A stretch of 64,000 bases of DNA from Actinomycetes bacterium (GTDB taxonomy: Bacteria > Actinomycetota > Actinomycetes > JBOGEN01). The notes under the pieces are model-generated. The model was not told the origin of the DNA, made no database searches, and saw only the letters and a program-made list of their open reading frames with translations. Both the position numbers and the translations under genes were made by a program. Location of the stretch: assembly GCA_050743265.1 (NCBI GenBank), contig JBOGEN010000225.1, positions 166 through 64,165 of the forward strand. The letters are read 5' to 3'. This document shows positions 8,171 through 17,654 of the stretch, piece after piece. Position 1 is the stretch's first letter, and each line of letters opens with the position of its first letter.

Positions 8171-9715
8171 CTACTCGCCGTCCGGGTGCAGCGTGTAGGT
8201 GGGGAAGTTGCCCGGCAGCCGCTCCTCGTCCGGACCCTGGGTGACCGCGCGGACGAGCAGCTCGCCGCCCACGAACGCGCCCCGCCAGGACGCGCCGTGC
8301 CCGCCGAACGTCTCCTCCTTGTCGCCGCGGGAGCGAGGCTGGTTGATGCCCACCTTGAATGCCCGAACCTCGGACGCGATGCGCTCGGCCGTCTCCGGGT
8401 CGTCGCAGGACACCGTCGCCACCAGCGAGCCGTTGCTCGCGTTCATCGCGGCGAGCAGCTCGGCCTCGGTGTCCACGATGACGATCGTGTCGACCGGGCC
8501 GAACGGCTCCGCATGGTGCAGCGAGGAGGGTGCCGGCGGCGCGAGAATGGCCACCGGGGCCATGTAGGCCGAGGTGTCCTGGCCGGGCAGGAAGTGTCCC
8601 TCGTCGAGCGTCCCCCGGTACAGCGGGACGCCCCCCTTGGCGATCGCTTCGTCCACCTGGCCCTGGAGCTCCTTGACCTTGGCGTCGTTGATGAGCGGGC
8701 CGAAGTCGAGCACGGGCAGGTCGTCGTCGGGCGAGGAGACGGCGAGCGGGTGCCCGAACCGCAGCGAGTCCACCGCCGGCAGGTACGCGGCGAGGAACTC
8801 GTGGAACAGGCCCCGCTGCACGACGAACCGGGGGTAGGCCGTGCAGCGCTGCTTGCCGTACTCGTGCGTCTTGCGAATCTGCGCGGTGAGCGTCTCCCAG
8901 TCGCTGAACTCCCAGACGCCCCAGCAGTTGAGGCCCTCCTGCTCGAGGACGTGCCGCTTGTCCGTGTCGGCGAGCGCGCCGGCGACCTGGCCGCCCGCGT
9001 CCCGGCCGCCGACGAAGGACACGCAGCTGATCTCCGGGGAGCGGATCAGCGCCGGGGAGAGCTCCGCCCCTCCGCCGCTGACCAGGCTGACCGGCAGGCC
9101 CTCACGGACGGCGAGCGCGCAGGCCAGGGTGAGGCAGACCAGCCCGCCGTCGGTCGGCGTCTTGGCGATGACCGCGTTGCCGGCCAGCACCTGGACCAGC
9201 ATCGCGTGCACGAGCACGCTCATCGGGTAGTTCCAGCTCGCCACGTTGCTCACCGGGCCGTCGAGCGGACGGCGGCCCTCGAGCATGCGGTCCGCCTCCT
9301 CGACGTACCAGCGCACGCCGGAGATGCAGCGGTCGACGTCCGCGGTCGCGAGCCTCCAGGGCTTGCCGATCTCCCACACGAGGGCGAGCGAGAGCAGGTC
9401 CCGGTGCTCGGTCAGCGCGTCCAGCGTCGCCGTCACGCGTGCCTTGCGCTCGGCCAGCGGGACGTCGCCCCACTGGCGGTGCGCCTCCAGGCAGGCCTGC
9501 ACGGCGGCCGAGGCCTCTGCGCTGGACAGCCGCGGCGGACCGGCGATCTCGCTGCCGTCCACCGGGCTGGTGGAGGGCGTCGGCTCACCGTCGGTCCGCC
9601 ACTCGCCGCCCCACAGGTTGAGGACGCGGCCGTCGGCGAACGCCTCCGGTGCCACGGCCTGGCAGCGGCCGTACACCTCGCTCCACGAGGTTCCTGGCTT
9701 CAGGACGAGTGTCAT
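8171..9715 (-). CDS. divergent aldehyde dehydrogenase superfamily protein
   Basis: ALDH-like layout: ...KTPTDGGL..., ...VSFVGGRDAG..., ...LEQEGLNCWGV..., ...YGKQRCTAYPRFVV..., ...EPFGPV... The start MTLVLKPG (ATG at 9715) overlaps the gcl stop (ATGA). Confidence 0.8.
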   Translation of the reverse strand: MTLVLKPGTSWSEVYGRCQAVAPEAFADGRVLNLWGGEWRTDGEPTPSTSPVDGSEIAGPPRLSSAEASAAVQACLEAHRQWGDVPLAERKARVTATLDALTEHRDLLSLALVWEIGKPWRLATADVDRCISGVRWYVEEADRMLEGRRPLDGPVSNVASWNYPMSVLVHAMLVQVLAGNAVIAKTPTDGGLVCLTLACALAVREGLPVSLVSGGGAELSPALIRSPEISCVSFVGGRDAGGQVAGALADTDKRHVLEQEGLNCWGVWEFSDWETLTAQIRKTHEYGKQRCTAYPRFVVQRGLFHEFLAAYLPAVDSLRFGHPLAVSSPDDDLPVLDFGPLINDAKVKELQGQVDEAIAKGGVPLYRGTLDEGHFLPGQDTSAYMAPVAILAPPAPSSLHHAEPFGPVDTIVIVDTEAELLAAMNASNGSLVATVSCDDPETAERIASEVRAFKVGINQPRSRGDKEETFGGHGASWRGAFVGGELLVRAVTQGPDEERLPGNFPTYTLHPDGE

Positions 9716-11451
9716 GCGCGCTCCAGACGTCCGGCAGCGGATGGGACGCTTTCCAGGTCGGGTGTCGGCTCGAACTCGACGACGCCGTCGAGGGACGTAC
9801 CCATCGCGGCGTTCGCCTCCCGCTCGACCATGACCTCGACGAGCACGGGCACCTGGCTCCGCTCGGCCTCCTCGACGGCCCACGCCAGCGCCGGTCGGAT
9901 GTCCCCCGGCGCCGTCACGCGGCGGGCCGCGCAGCCGAACGACTCCATGAGCGTGACGTGGTCGATGCCGCCCTCGCCGTAGTGCAGGTCGACGGCGTAA
10001 TTCATGTCGTAGCCCAGCTCGGCCTGGCGGATCAGGCCGAGGTACTCGTTGTTCACCATGACGATCACGAACGGGATGCGGTACTGGGCCGCGACCGCGA
10101 TCTCCTCCATGAGGAACTGGAACGAGTAGTCACCGGCGACCGCCACGACCTGCCGGTCGGGTTCGGCGCACTTCACGCCGATGGCGGCCGGCACCTCCCA
10201 GCCGAGCGGGCCCGCCTGGCCGCACACCAGGTAGTGGCGCGGGCGCTGCGTGTGCTGGAACTGGCCCGACCAGATCTGGTAAAGGCCGATGGCCGTGACG
10301 AACGTCGTGTCCGGGCCGAAGAACTCGTTCACCTCGCGGAAGACACGCGGCGGCTTGATCGGCTCGTCGTCGAAGTCGTCCCGGCGCAGCAGCGTGGAGC
10401 GCAGCTCGTCCACCCGCTCCGGCCAGGGACCTGCCATCCGGGCGGGCGTGATCCGTGCCGCCTCGTCGCGGAGCGCGGCCAGCGTCGGGCGGGCGTGTCC
10501 GACGATGCCCAGCTCCGGCTCGAACACCTTGCCGATCTGGGTCGGCTCGATGTCGACGTGGATGAATCGCCGGCCTTGCCGGTACGTCTCCAGGTCGCCC
10601 GTGTGCCTGTCCCCGAACCGGGCCCCGACCGCGAGGACGAGGTCGGACTCGAGGAAGGTGGCGTTCCCCCAGCGCGTCTGCGTCTGGATGCCCGCCATGC
10701 CGGCGAACAGCGGGTGGTCCTCCGGGAAGGCCCCCTTGCCCATGAGCGTGACGTGCACGGGCACCTGGAGGTACTCCGCGAGCGCGCGCAGCTCTTCCGT
10801 CGCGTCCGCGAGGATGACTCCGCCGCCGGCGAGGATGAGCGGGCGCTCCGCAGTGAGCAGCATCTCCACGGCCATCTGCACGGGCTCGGGCCGCGGCTCG
10901 GGCACGTGCAGGGGCAGCGGGCCGTCGATCGCGGCGTCGTACAGGCACGTCCCGCGCTGCACGTCGAGCGGGAGGTCGATGAGCACCGGCCCAGGCCGCC
11001 CGGACCGTGCGATGCGGAACGCCTCACGGAACACCCAGGGCGCCTGGGCGGGCTCCTTGAGCTGCACCGCCCACTTCGTGACCGGCTTGGCGATCTCGAC
11101 GATGTCGACGGCCTGGAAGGCCTCCTGGTGCAGCTTCGCCCGGGGGGCCTGGCCGGTGATGCAGATCATCGGGATCGAGTCGGCGAGCGCCGTGTAGAGC
11201 CCGGTCACCATGTTGGTGCCTGCGGGCCCCGACGTGCCGATGGCGACGCCGACGTTGCCGGTCACGCGCGCCCAGCCGTCCGCGGCGTGCGTGCCGCCCT
11301 CCTCGTGCCGGACCGTGAGGTGGCGGATGCTGCTCTTCTGCAGCGCTGAGTACAGCGGGAGGATCGCGGCTCCGGGGATGCCGAAGACGGTGTCGACCCC
11401 CTCCGACTCCAGGACGGAGGCCACAGCCTCCATCGCGGGCATTCGCTCCAT
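9712..11451 (-). CDS. gcl: glyoxylate carboligase (tartronate-semialdehyde synthase)
   Basis: ThDP enzyme with the Gcl-like N-terminus [31 protein letters not shown]...RHEEGGTHAADGW, and ...GQAGPLGWEVPAAIG...GDYSFQF... It is followed by glxR and hyi. Confidence 0.9.
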   Translation of the reverse strand: MERMPAMEAVASVLESEGVDTVFGIPGAAILPLYSALQKSSIRHLTVRHEEGGTHAADGWARVTGNVGVAIGTSGPAGTNMVTGLYTALADSIPMICITGQAPRAKLHQEAFQAVDIVEIAKPVTKWAVQLKEPAQAPWVFREAFRIARSGRPGPVLIDLPLDVQRGTCLYDAAIDGPLPLHVPEPRPEPVQMAVEMLLTAERPLILAGGGVILADATEELRALAEYLQVPVHVTLMGKGAFPEDHPLFAGMAGIQTQTRWGNATFLESDLVLAVGARFGDRHTGDLETYRQGRRFIHVDIEPTQIGKVFEPELGIVGHARPTLAALRDEAARITPARMAGPWPERVDELRSTLLRRDDFDDEPIKPPRVFREVNEFFGPDTTFVTAIGLYQIWSGQFQHTQRPRHYLVCGQAGPLGWEVPAAIGVKCAEPDRQVVAVAGDYSFQFLMEEIAVAAQYRIPFVIVMVNNEYLGLIRQAELGYDMNYAVDLHYGEGGIDHVTLMESFGCAARRVTAPGDIRPALAWAVEEAERSQVPVLVEVMVEREANAAMGTSLDGVVEFEPTPDLESVPSAAGRLERA

Positions 11452-11453
11452 GG

Positions 11454-12347
11454 TCAGTCCCTCTCTCGTCCGGACAGCGCCTCGATCACCTGCAGGAGCA
11501 CCGAGTGGTCCAGCTCGCCGCGTCCGCTCGCGTTGGCGGCTGCGACGAGCTGGGCCACCAGGCCGGTCACCGGCAGCGCCACGTCGGCGGCGCGGGCGGA
11601 GGCCAGGGCGATCCCCATGTCCTTGTGGTGCAGCTCGACGCGGAAGCCGGGGGCGAACTCGCGGGCGAGCATGCCTGCCGCCTTCCGGTCGAGGACCGTG
11701 TTGCCTGCCAACCCGCCGCCGAGCACCTCGAGGCCGCGCGCGGCGTCCACACCGGACGCCTCGAGCAGCACGATCGCCTCGCTGACGAGCGAGATGATGC
11801 CCGCGACCATGAGCTGGTTCGCGGCCTTGACGGTCTGGCCGGCGCCGTGCGGGCCGACGTGCACGATGGTCTTGCCCATCACGTCGAAGAGCGGCCTGGC
11901 GGCCTCGACGTCCTCGGCCTCGCCACCGACCATGATCGACAGGGCGCCCTCGACGGCTCCCTGTTCACCGCCGCTCACGGGTGCGTCCAGGACGCGTACG
12001 CCGACCTCCCGACCGGCCGCGGCGACCTCCCGCGCGGTCTCAGGACGGATGGTGCTCATGTCGACGAGGAGCGTGCCGGGGCTGGCAGAGGCCAGCACCC
12101 CTGGCGCGCCCTCGGAGCCGAGCACCACCTGCTCGACGTCGGGGAAGTCGGGCAGCATCGTGATGACGGCGTCCGCGTCTGCGGTGGCCTCCTGCACGCT
12201 GCTGGCCGGCTTGGCCCCGGCGGTGGTGATCCGCTCGATGCTGCGGTCCGACCGGCCGTACCCGGTCACCTCGTAGCCGGCACGCACGAGTTTCGCGGCC
12301 ATCGGGGCGCCCATGATGCCGGGCCCGATGAAACCGATGCGCTTCAT
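11454..12347 (-). CDS. glxR: 2-hydroxy-3-oxopropionate (tartronate semialdehyde) reductase
   Basis: MKRIGFIGPGIMGAPMA...DAPVSGGEQGA...GAGQTVKAANQ... marks the 3-hydroxyisobutyrate dehydrogenase family. It sits between gcl and hyi. Confidence 0.88.
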   Translation of the reverse strand: MKRIGFIGPGIMGAPMAAKLVRAGYEVTGYGRSDRSIERITTAGAKPASSVQEATADADAVITMLPDFPDVEQVVLGSEGAPGVLASASPGTLLVDMSTIRPETAREVAAAGREVGVRVLDAPVSGGEQGAVEGALSIMVGGEAEDVEAARPLFDVMGKTIVHVGPHGAGQTVKAANQLMVAGIISLVSEAIVLLEASGVDAARGLEVLGGGLAGNTVLDRKAAGMLAREFAPGFRVELHHKDMGIALASARAADVALPVTGLVAQLVAAANASGRGELDHSVLLQVIEALSGRERD

Positions 12348-12366
12348 GGACAGCCTCCTTCGCTGC

Positions 12367-13203
12367 TCAGGCCCGCGCTGTACGCGCGAGGGACGGGATC
12401 CAGCCGAAGCTCTCCGCGGACGGGCCCTGCGGCTTGTACTCCAGGCCGACGTAGCCCGTGTAGCCGGAGGACACGAGCGCGCCGAGCACCTCGTCGAAGT
12501 CGATGTCGCCGGTTCCCGGCTGGTGGCGACCCGGGTCGTCCGCCACCTGGACGTGGGCGATGCGGTCGGCGTGTGTGGTCACCACGTCGACGATGTCCTC
12601 GCCCATCCGGTGCAGGTGGTAGAGGTCGGCCAGGAAGGCCACGTTGTCCAGCCCGGCAGCCGCCCGGACACGGTCGACCACGTCGAGCGCCTGCCGCGTC
12701 GACGTGAGCGGGTAGTCGGCGCTCTCGTACGAGTTCAGCGCCTCGACGACGACCGTCGCCCCGATGCCGTCAGCCGCCTTCGCGGCACGGGAGAGGTTCT
12801 CGACCGCGAGGTCGTCCTGCTCGGCCGCGGAGACGTCGTCGGAGCGGTTCCCGTACAGGGCGTTGAGCACGCGGCACCCGGTCGTCTCGGCCAGCCCGAC
12901 GGCGACGTCGATGTTCGCGCGGAACCTGTCGCTGTGGGCAGGGTGGGAGAGCAGGCCGCGCCAGCCGGCACCCATGTCGCCGGCGTCGAAGTTCAGCCCG
13001 ACGAGGTGCGTGCCTGCCTGGTCCAGCGCGCGCCGCAGCGCGGAGAGCGCGTCGTCCGACGGCGTGGGCTCGTCGACGAACGGCCACCACAGCTCGACCG
13101 CGTCGAAGCCCGCGGCCGCCGCGGCGGCGGGGCGCTCGAGCAGGGGCAGCTCGGTGAACAGGATCGAGAGGTTGACGTCGTAGCGGAGGTCGTCGTGGGG
13201 CAT
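12367..13203 (-). CDS. hyi: hydroxypyruvate isomerase
   Basis: TIM-barrel Hyi-like sequence: RYDVNLSILFTELPLLERPAAAAAAGFDAVELWWPF...VEALN...HVQVAD.PGRHQPGTGDIDF. ATG 13203 has GGAGAGG 7 nt upstream. Confidence 0.85.
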   Translation of the reverse strand: MPHDDLRYDVNLSILFTELPLLERPAAAAAAGFDAVELWWPFVDEPTPSDDALSALRRALDQAGTHLVGLNFDAGDMGAGWRGLLSHPAHSDRFRANIDVAVGLAETTGCRVLNALYGNRSDDVSAAEQDDLAVENLSRAAKAADGIGATVVVEALNSYESADYPLTSTRQALDVVDRVRAAAGLDNVAFLADLYHLHRMGEDIVDVVTTHADRIAHVQVADDPGRHQPGTGDIDFDEVLGALVSSGYTGYVGLEYKPQGPSAESFGWIPSLARTARA

Positions 13204-13332
13204 CCGGCTTCCTCTCCGGTCGGGCATGACCGCCGGTCCGGTCCCGGTGCGGGTCGCGGGACGTTGCGGCGAGGACGGTCGGCGAATGGCGGTGCCGGCG
13301 GCCGGGTGGGCCACCGTGCCGCAGCGCGCGGG

Positions 13333-14223
13333 CTAGGCCGACGTGTGCGCGGGTCTGGCGGTGAAGAGATCGCGGACGAGCGCCGCGGTCTCACTGGGGG
13401 TGCGGCCGACACGTACGCCGGCCTTCTCGAGGGCGTCCTGCTTGGCCGCCGCGGTGCCGGAGGACCCGGAGACGATCGCCCCCGCGTGTCCCATGGTCTT
13501 TCCTGGTGGCGCGGTGAAGCCGGCCACGTAGCCGAACACCGGCTTGGTGACGGACTCGGCGATGTACGCCGCAGCGCGCTCCTCGGCGTCCCCGCCGATC
13601 TCGCCGATGAGGACGATCGCCTCGGTGGCGGGGTCCTCCTCGAACGCGGCGAGGCAGTCGACGTGGGAGGTGCCGGTGACGGGGTCCCCGCCGATGCCGA
13701 CACAGGTGGAGAAGCCGAGGTCGCCGAGCTCGAACATGAGCTGGTACGTGAGCGTCCCGCTCTTGGACACCAGGCCGATGGGCCCGGCACCCGTGATGTC
13801 GTCGGGGATGATCCCCGCGTTGGAGCCTCCGGGGCTCACGAGCCCGGGACAGTTGGGGCCGATGATGCGCGTCGTCCCGGCGGCGACGGCATGGGCGTAG
13901 AACCGGGCCGTGTCGTGCACGGGAATGCCCTCGGTGATGACGACGCACAGCGGCACTGCCGCGTCCACCGCCTCCTTCACGGCGGCCTCGGCGAAGCGCG
14001 GCGGGACGAACACCACGGACACGTTCGCGCCGGTGGCCTCGACAGCCTCGGCGACCGTGTCGAACACGGGGATGCCGTCGAGGTCCTGGCCTCCGCGTCC
14101 GGGGGTCACCCCGGCGACGATGGCCGTGCCCGCGGCACGCATGCGGCGGGTGTGCTTGGCGCCCTCGCCTCCTGTGATGCCCTGTACGAGGACGCGGCTG
14201 TTCTCGTCGAGAAGGATGGCCAT
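13333..14223 (-). CDS. sucD: succinyl-CoA ligase (ADP-forming) alpha subunit
   Basis: [25 protein letters not shown]...SKSGTLTY...GIGGDP...MGHAGAIV (phosphohistidine loop). Confidence 0.92.
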   Translation of the reverse strand: MAILLDENSRVLVQGITGGEGAKHTRRMRAAGTAIVAGVTPGRGGQDLDGIPVFDTVAEAVEATGANVSVVFVPPRFAEAAVKEAVDAAVPLCVVITEGIPVHDTARFYAHAVAAGTTRIIGPNCPGLVSPGGSNAGIIPDDITGAGPIGLVSKSGTLTYQLMFELGDLGFSTCVGIGGDPVTGTSHVDCLAAFEEDPATEAIVLIGEIGGDAEERAAAYIAESVTKPVFGYVAGFTAPPGKTMGHAGAIVSGSSGTAAAKQDALEKAGVRVGRTPSETAALVRDLFTARPAHTSA

Positions 14224-14225
14224 GT

Positions 14226-15404
14226 CTACGCTCCCTGTCCCGCGAGCTCGGCGGCGAGCGCCGCGGCCGCGTCCATCGTGTCCACACTGCGGACGGCGGG
14301 GATCCCGGCGTCCGCGAGGATCCGGCGCCCGGCCTCGGCGTTGTTGCCGTCGAGCCGGACGACCAGGGGGCGGTCGACGCTGCTGCCGTCCTCGGAGTCG
14401 AGCAGGCGGGTCGCCCGCACGATCCCGTCGGCGACCGCGTCGCACTGGGTGATGCCGCCGAACACGTTGATGAGGACGCTCTTGACGGAGGGGTCGGCCA
14501 TGAGGACCGAGAGCGCGTCCGCCATCACCTGCGCGGACGCGCCGCCGCCGATGTCGAGGAAGTTCGCCGGCCGGACGTCGTAGGACTCCCCGGCGTACGC
14601 GACGACGTCGAGCGTGCTCATGACGAGCCCGGCACCGTTGCCGATGATGCCGACCTGCCCGTCGAGCCGGACGTAGTTGAGGCCCTTGGACTTCGCGGTC
14701 GCCTCGAACCGGTCGCCACCCGCGACGTCGGTGAACGCGGCGTGGTCCTCGTGCCGGAAGGCCGCGTTGTCGTCGAGGGTGACCTTGCCGTCGAGCGCGA
14801 GGAGCTGCCCGTCCGAGGTCCGGACCAGGGGGTTGACCTCGACGAGGGTGGCGTCCTCGGAGGAGTAGACCTCCCAGAGCCGGGGGAGCAGCTCGGATGC
14901 CTGGTCCGCCAGGTCGGCGGGGAAGCCGGCCCGTTCCCAGAGACGTCGGGCCGCCGTGGCGTCGAAGCCGGCCGCGGGAGCCACCGGCTCGCTCAGGAGT
15001 GCGTCCGGACGCGTGGCCGCGACCTCCTCGATCTCGACGCCCCCTTCACGGGAGGCCAGCGCGCGGTGGGTCCGCTCCGCGCGGTCGAGCAGGAACGCGA
15101 CGTAGTACTCCTCGGCGATGCTGCAGGCCTCGGTGACGACGACGGTGTGCACCGGATGGCCCTTGATCGTCAGCGCGAGGATCTCCTCGGCCCGCTGGCC
15201 CGCCTCCTCCGGTGTCTCGGCGAGCTTGACCCCGCCCGCCTTGCCACGTCCGCCCGTCTTCACCTGTGCCTTGACGACGACCTTCCCGCCGAGCTCGCGT
15301 GCCGCCCCTGCGGCGGCGTCCCCGGAGGTCACGACCCGCTGGGCGGTCACGGGCACGCCGTGCTTCTCGAAGAGCTGCTTGGCCTGGTACTCGAACAGGT
15401 CCAC
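14226..15404 (-). CDS. sucC: succinyl-CoA ligase (ADP-forming) beta subunit
   Basis: [19 protein letters not shown]...[16 protein letters not shown]...[12 protein letters not shown]...[10 protein letters not shown] is close to housekeeping actinobacterial SucC as I recall it. The long N-terminal extension of ORF 14226..16448 is rejected. Confidence 0.92.
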   Translation of the reverse strand: MDLFEYQAKQLFEKHGVPVTAQRVVTSGDAAAGAARELGGKVVVKAQVKTGGRGKAGGVKLAETPEEAGQRAEEILALTIKGHPVHTVVVTEACSIAEEYYVAFLLDRAERTHRALASREGGVEIEEVAATRPDALLSEPVAPAAGFDATAARRLWERAGFPADLADQASELLPRLWEVYSSEDATLVEVNPLVRTSDGQLLALDGKVTLDDNAAFRHEDHAAFTDVAGGDRFEATAKSKGLNYVRLDGQVGIIGNGAGLVMSTLDVVAYAGESYDVRPANFLDIGGGASAQVMADALSVLMADPSVKSVLINVFGGITQCDAVADGIVRATRLLDSEDGSSVDRPLVVRLDGNNAEAGRRILADAGIPAVRSVDTMDAAAALAAELAGQGA

Positions 15405-15474
15405 GGCCGTCCTCCCTCGCGGGATCGGGGTGCGAGCCACCGCTGTGCAAGCGTCGGCGCGACAAGAGGCACAC

Positions 15475-15488
15475 GGTATACTGTATCC
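15475..15488. promoter_or_regulatory. palindromic ATAC-T-GTAT element in the sucC / oxlT-like divergent region
   Basis: ggtATACtGTATcc read directly. It is an AT-rich palindrome in a GC-rich intergenic region about 70 bp upstream of the sucC start. Confidence 0.4.
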
Positions 15489-15720
15489 TTCTGCCCCACA
15501 ACCACCGGTGTGGGTTCTTTGGCCTCCCGGCCCCCTCTGGCCCTTGCCGAAGCGGTGGTTCGCCGGCCTTGTCGTCGGCATTCGCCGGGCCCTCCCGGGC
15601 CGACGGGCCTCGCCGGGGTGAGGCCACTTCCCGACGCGCTCACCGCCGGCAGGGGGTTGCGGGGTGTTGATCCCGGTCCGTCGGGTCTGGACAGTGCGTG
15701 ATCGACCGCGGTACAACTGA

Positions 15721-15735
15721 TGGATACGGTATCCA
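15721..15735. promoter_or_regulatory. 15-bp perfect palindrome TGGATAC-G-GTATCCA (core ATAC-G-GTAT)
   Basis: Read directly. It lies immediately upstream of the MFS transporter start codons (15747/15756). Confidence 0.45.
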
Positions 15736-15755
15736 GTACACCGGAGATGAGCGTC

Positions 15756-17156
15756 ATGGCCGAGCCAGTGCCGTTGGTGACCGTGCGAGAGGTCAGGGAC
15801 TTCTACGGGCGCCGGTACCGGGTGGGGGAGTCGCCGCAGCAGATCATGGGCCGCCACCGCAGGTGGATGCTCTGGCTGCCCTGGCTGGCGATGGCCGCCG
15901 TCAGCGTCCTGCAGTACGGGTACGGCATGCTCGTCCCGAGCCTGCAGCGCGTGCACGGCTGGACGCTTCCCGAGGCGATGTCGGTGCTCGCAGTCTGGGC
16001 CGTGTTCCAGGCGGGTGTCGCGTTCCCCGTCGTCTGGCTGCGGGAGCGCCACGCCATCGCGCCGTCCCGGATCATGCTCGCCGGCGGCCTGCTCTGCCTC
16101 GCCGGGCTCGTCGGGCTGGCCCATGCGGGCGGGCTCGTCACGGCCGTACTCACGTACGGGGTCCTCGGTGGGACGGGCGCCGGGCTCGTCTACGCCACCT
16201 GCGTCACGACCGTGAGCAAGTGGTACCCGGAGAGTCGAGGCCTCCGGATCGGTGTCGTCACCGGCGCCTTCGCGTACGGCTGCCTGCCGTTCGTCGCGGT
16301 CGTGGGCCTGGGGACCAGCGACGGGGGTGGCGTCGGAGGCGGCAGCCTCACGGGCCTGCTCGACGTCACCGGCGTCGTGCTCGCCGTCGTGGTGGTCGGC
16401 GCAGGTGTGCTGTTCCGCGACCCGCCGCAGGACTGGTGGCCCGCTCACCTAGACCCCCAGGCGTGGGCCGTGGACAAGACCCTGAACCGCAGCCTGCCCG
16501 GCAACATCCCGGCGGCCCGGCAGTACTCCACCGGCGAGGCCCTGCACACCGGCGTGCTGCCGGTGATGTACGCGATCCTCGTCTCGGTCACGGCCGTGTC
16601 CCTGCTCGGCATCGCCTACCTCGCCACGTTCGCCACGGACATGGGCCTGGGCCCCGCCGCCGTCGCCCTGTGCGTGGGTGGGCTCGCCCTGGTCAACGGC
16701 GCCGGTCGCAGCTTCGCCTCGCGGGCGTCCGACCGGCTCGGCCGGCGCCGCACGCTCACCGCCGTGCTCACCGTCGAGGGGCTCGCCCAGTTCGGCCTCG
16801 TCGCCGCGGGCGAGACCGGGCACCCCGCGGGCCTGTTCGCGTGCGCGGTCATCGCGGGGCTCGGGGGCGGGGCGTTCTACCCGCTGTTCGGCAGCCTCGT
16901 GCTCGAGTACTTCGGTGAGCGCCGTGCCCTGCAGAACTACGGTGTGGTGTACAGCGCGAAGCTGTTCGGCGCGGTGCTCGGCATCGGGGTGGCCAGCCTG
17001 CTCGTCACCACGTACGGCTACGGGACCGCGTTCGTCGCGGCGGGATTCCTCGGCCTGGTCTCCGCCGCGCTCACGGGGCTGCTGCGCAAGCCCGGACGTC
17101 CCACGGTGCCGCTTCCCCCTCCGTCGGCACGCCGGTCCACTCTCGTCGGGAGCTGA
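15756..17156 (+). CDS. MFS transporter, oxalate:formate antiporter (OFA/OxlT) family
   Basis: [24 protein letters not shown]...[13 protein letters not shown]...[42 protein letters not shown] parallels the N-terminal half of O. formigenes OxlT as I recall it. The start is uncertain (15720, 15747 or 15756). I chose 15756 because GGAG lies 9 nt upstream. Confidence 0.8.
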   Translation: MAEPVPLVTVREVRDFYGRRYRVGESPQQIMGRHRRWMLWLPWLAMAAVSVLQYGYGMLVPSLQRVHGWTLPEAMSVLAVWAVFQAGVAFPVVWLRERHAIAPSRIMLAGGLLCLAGLVGLAHAGGLVTAVLTYGVLGGTGAGLVYATCVTTVSKWYPESRGLRIGVVTGAFAYGCLPFVAVVGLGTSDGGGVGGGSLTGLLDVTGVVLAVVVVGAGVLFRDPPQDWWPAHLDPQAWAVDKTLNRSLPGNIPAARQYSTGEALHTGVLPVMYAILVSVTAVSLLGIAYLATFATDMGLGPAAVALCVGGLALVNGAGRSFASRASDRLGRRRTLTAVLTVEGLAQFGLVAAGETGHPAGLFACAVIAGLGGGAFYPLFGSLVLEYFGERRALQNYGVVYSAKLFGAVLGIGVASLLVTTYGYGTAFVAAGFLGLVSAALTGLLRKPGRPTVPLPPPSARRSTLVGS

Positions 17157-17204
17157 CCGACGCCCGTCGAGCCACCCAGCACGGACGCGTGGGAGGGACG
17201 GCCG

Positions 17205-17603
17205 ATGGTCCTGCAGCCCGGCGGTGGGGTGATCGAGGGGCTCTACTGCCTGGAGCCCACGGCAGGCACGACGTCCTTGGGTCACCTTCCCCGCCGGGGG
17301 TCACCGCACGCGCTGGGGGTCCACCCGGGCGCCGTCGTGACCGTGGACACCGTGTCCCACGAGGGCATCCTCGAGGACCAGGGCAACGACCCGGCGTCCT
17401 TCTTCGGGGCGTACGGGGTCCCCAGGCGGCAGCTGTTGCGGGAAGCGTGCGCGCTCGCACCGTCTACCTGCCCGTGCAGGTGCCCGAGGCGCTGTTCTTC
17501 CTCGGGGACCGACCCGCACTTCGCCGAGTTCGGGGTGGGTGGCGTGCCGTGCGTGCTCGAGGCGCCGCTGCGGGTGACCGTGCGGCTGTCGCTGGCGTCC
17601 TGA
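17205..17603 (+). pseudogene. decayed remnant of an acetamidase/formamidase (FmdA/AmdA) family gene
   Basis: The frame of 17205 gives ...LGVHPGAVVTVDTVSHEGILEDQGND... (family N-terminus). A second frame gives TVYLPVQVPEALFFLGD. The first frame then resumes with DPHFAEFGVGGVPCVLEAPLRVTVRLSL. Together these resemble the family core V.YPV.V.GA.L..GD.HF.QGDGE..CG.IE. There are at least two frameshifts, and most of the roughly 400-aa protein is missing. Confidence 0.45.
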
Positions 17604-17654
17604 CCCCGCCGGTACGCCCGACGCCTGGCTGGGGCCGGGTGGCGGGAGAGGGCG

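Noticed and set aside
15720-15755. ATG 15720 as the start of the OxlT-like transporter.
   Set aside because: That codon lies inside the 15-bp palindrome TGGATACGGTATCCA and has no SD. ATG 15747 or 15756, downstream of GGAG, are more plausible. This is not excluded if the mRNA is leaderless.
14226-16448. Long N-terminal extensions in the ORF track: sucC to 16448, the permease to 19055, transporter 2 from 28145, gatB from 42446, ligA from 35929, fdhD from 6365 and the PQQ dehydrogenase to 48417.
   Set aside because: In each case the recognisable protein begins at an internal ATG or GTG with an SD or a stop/start overlap. The upstream part has off-frame-like composition or overlaps a neighbouring gene or promoter.
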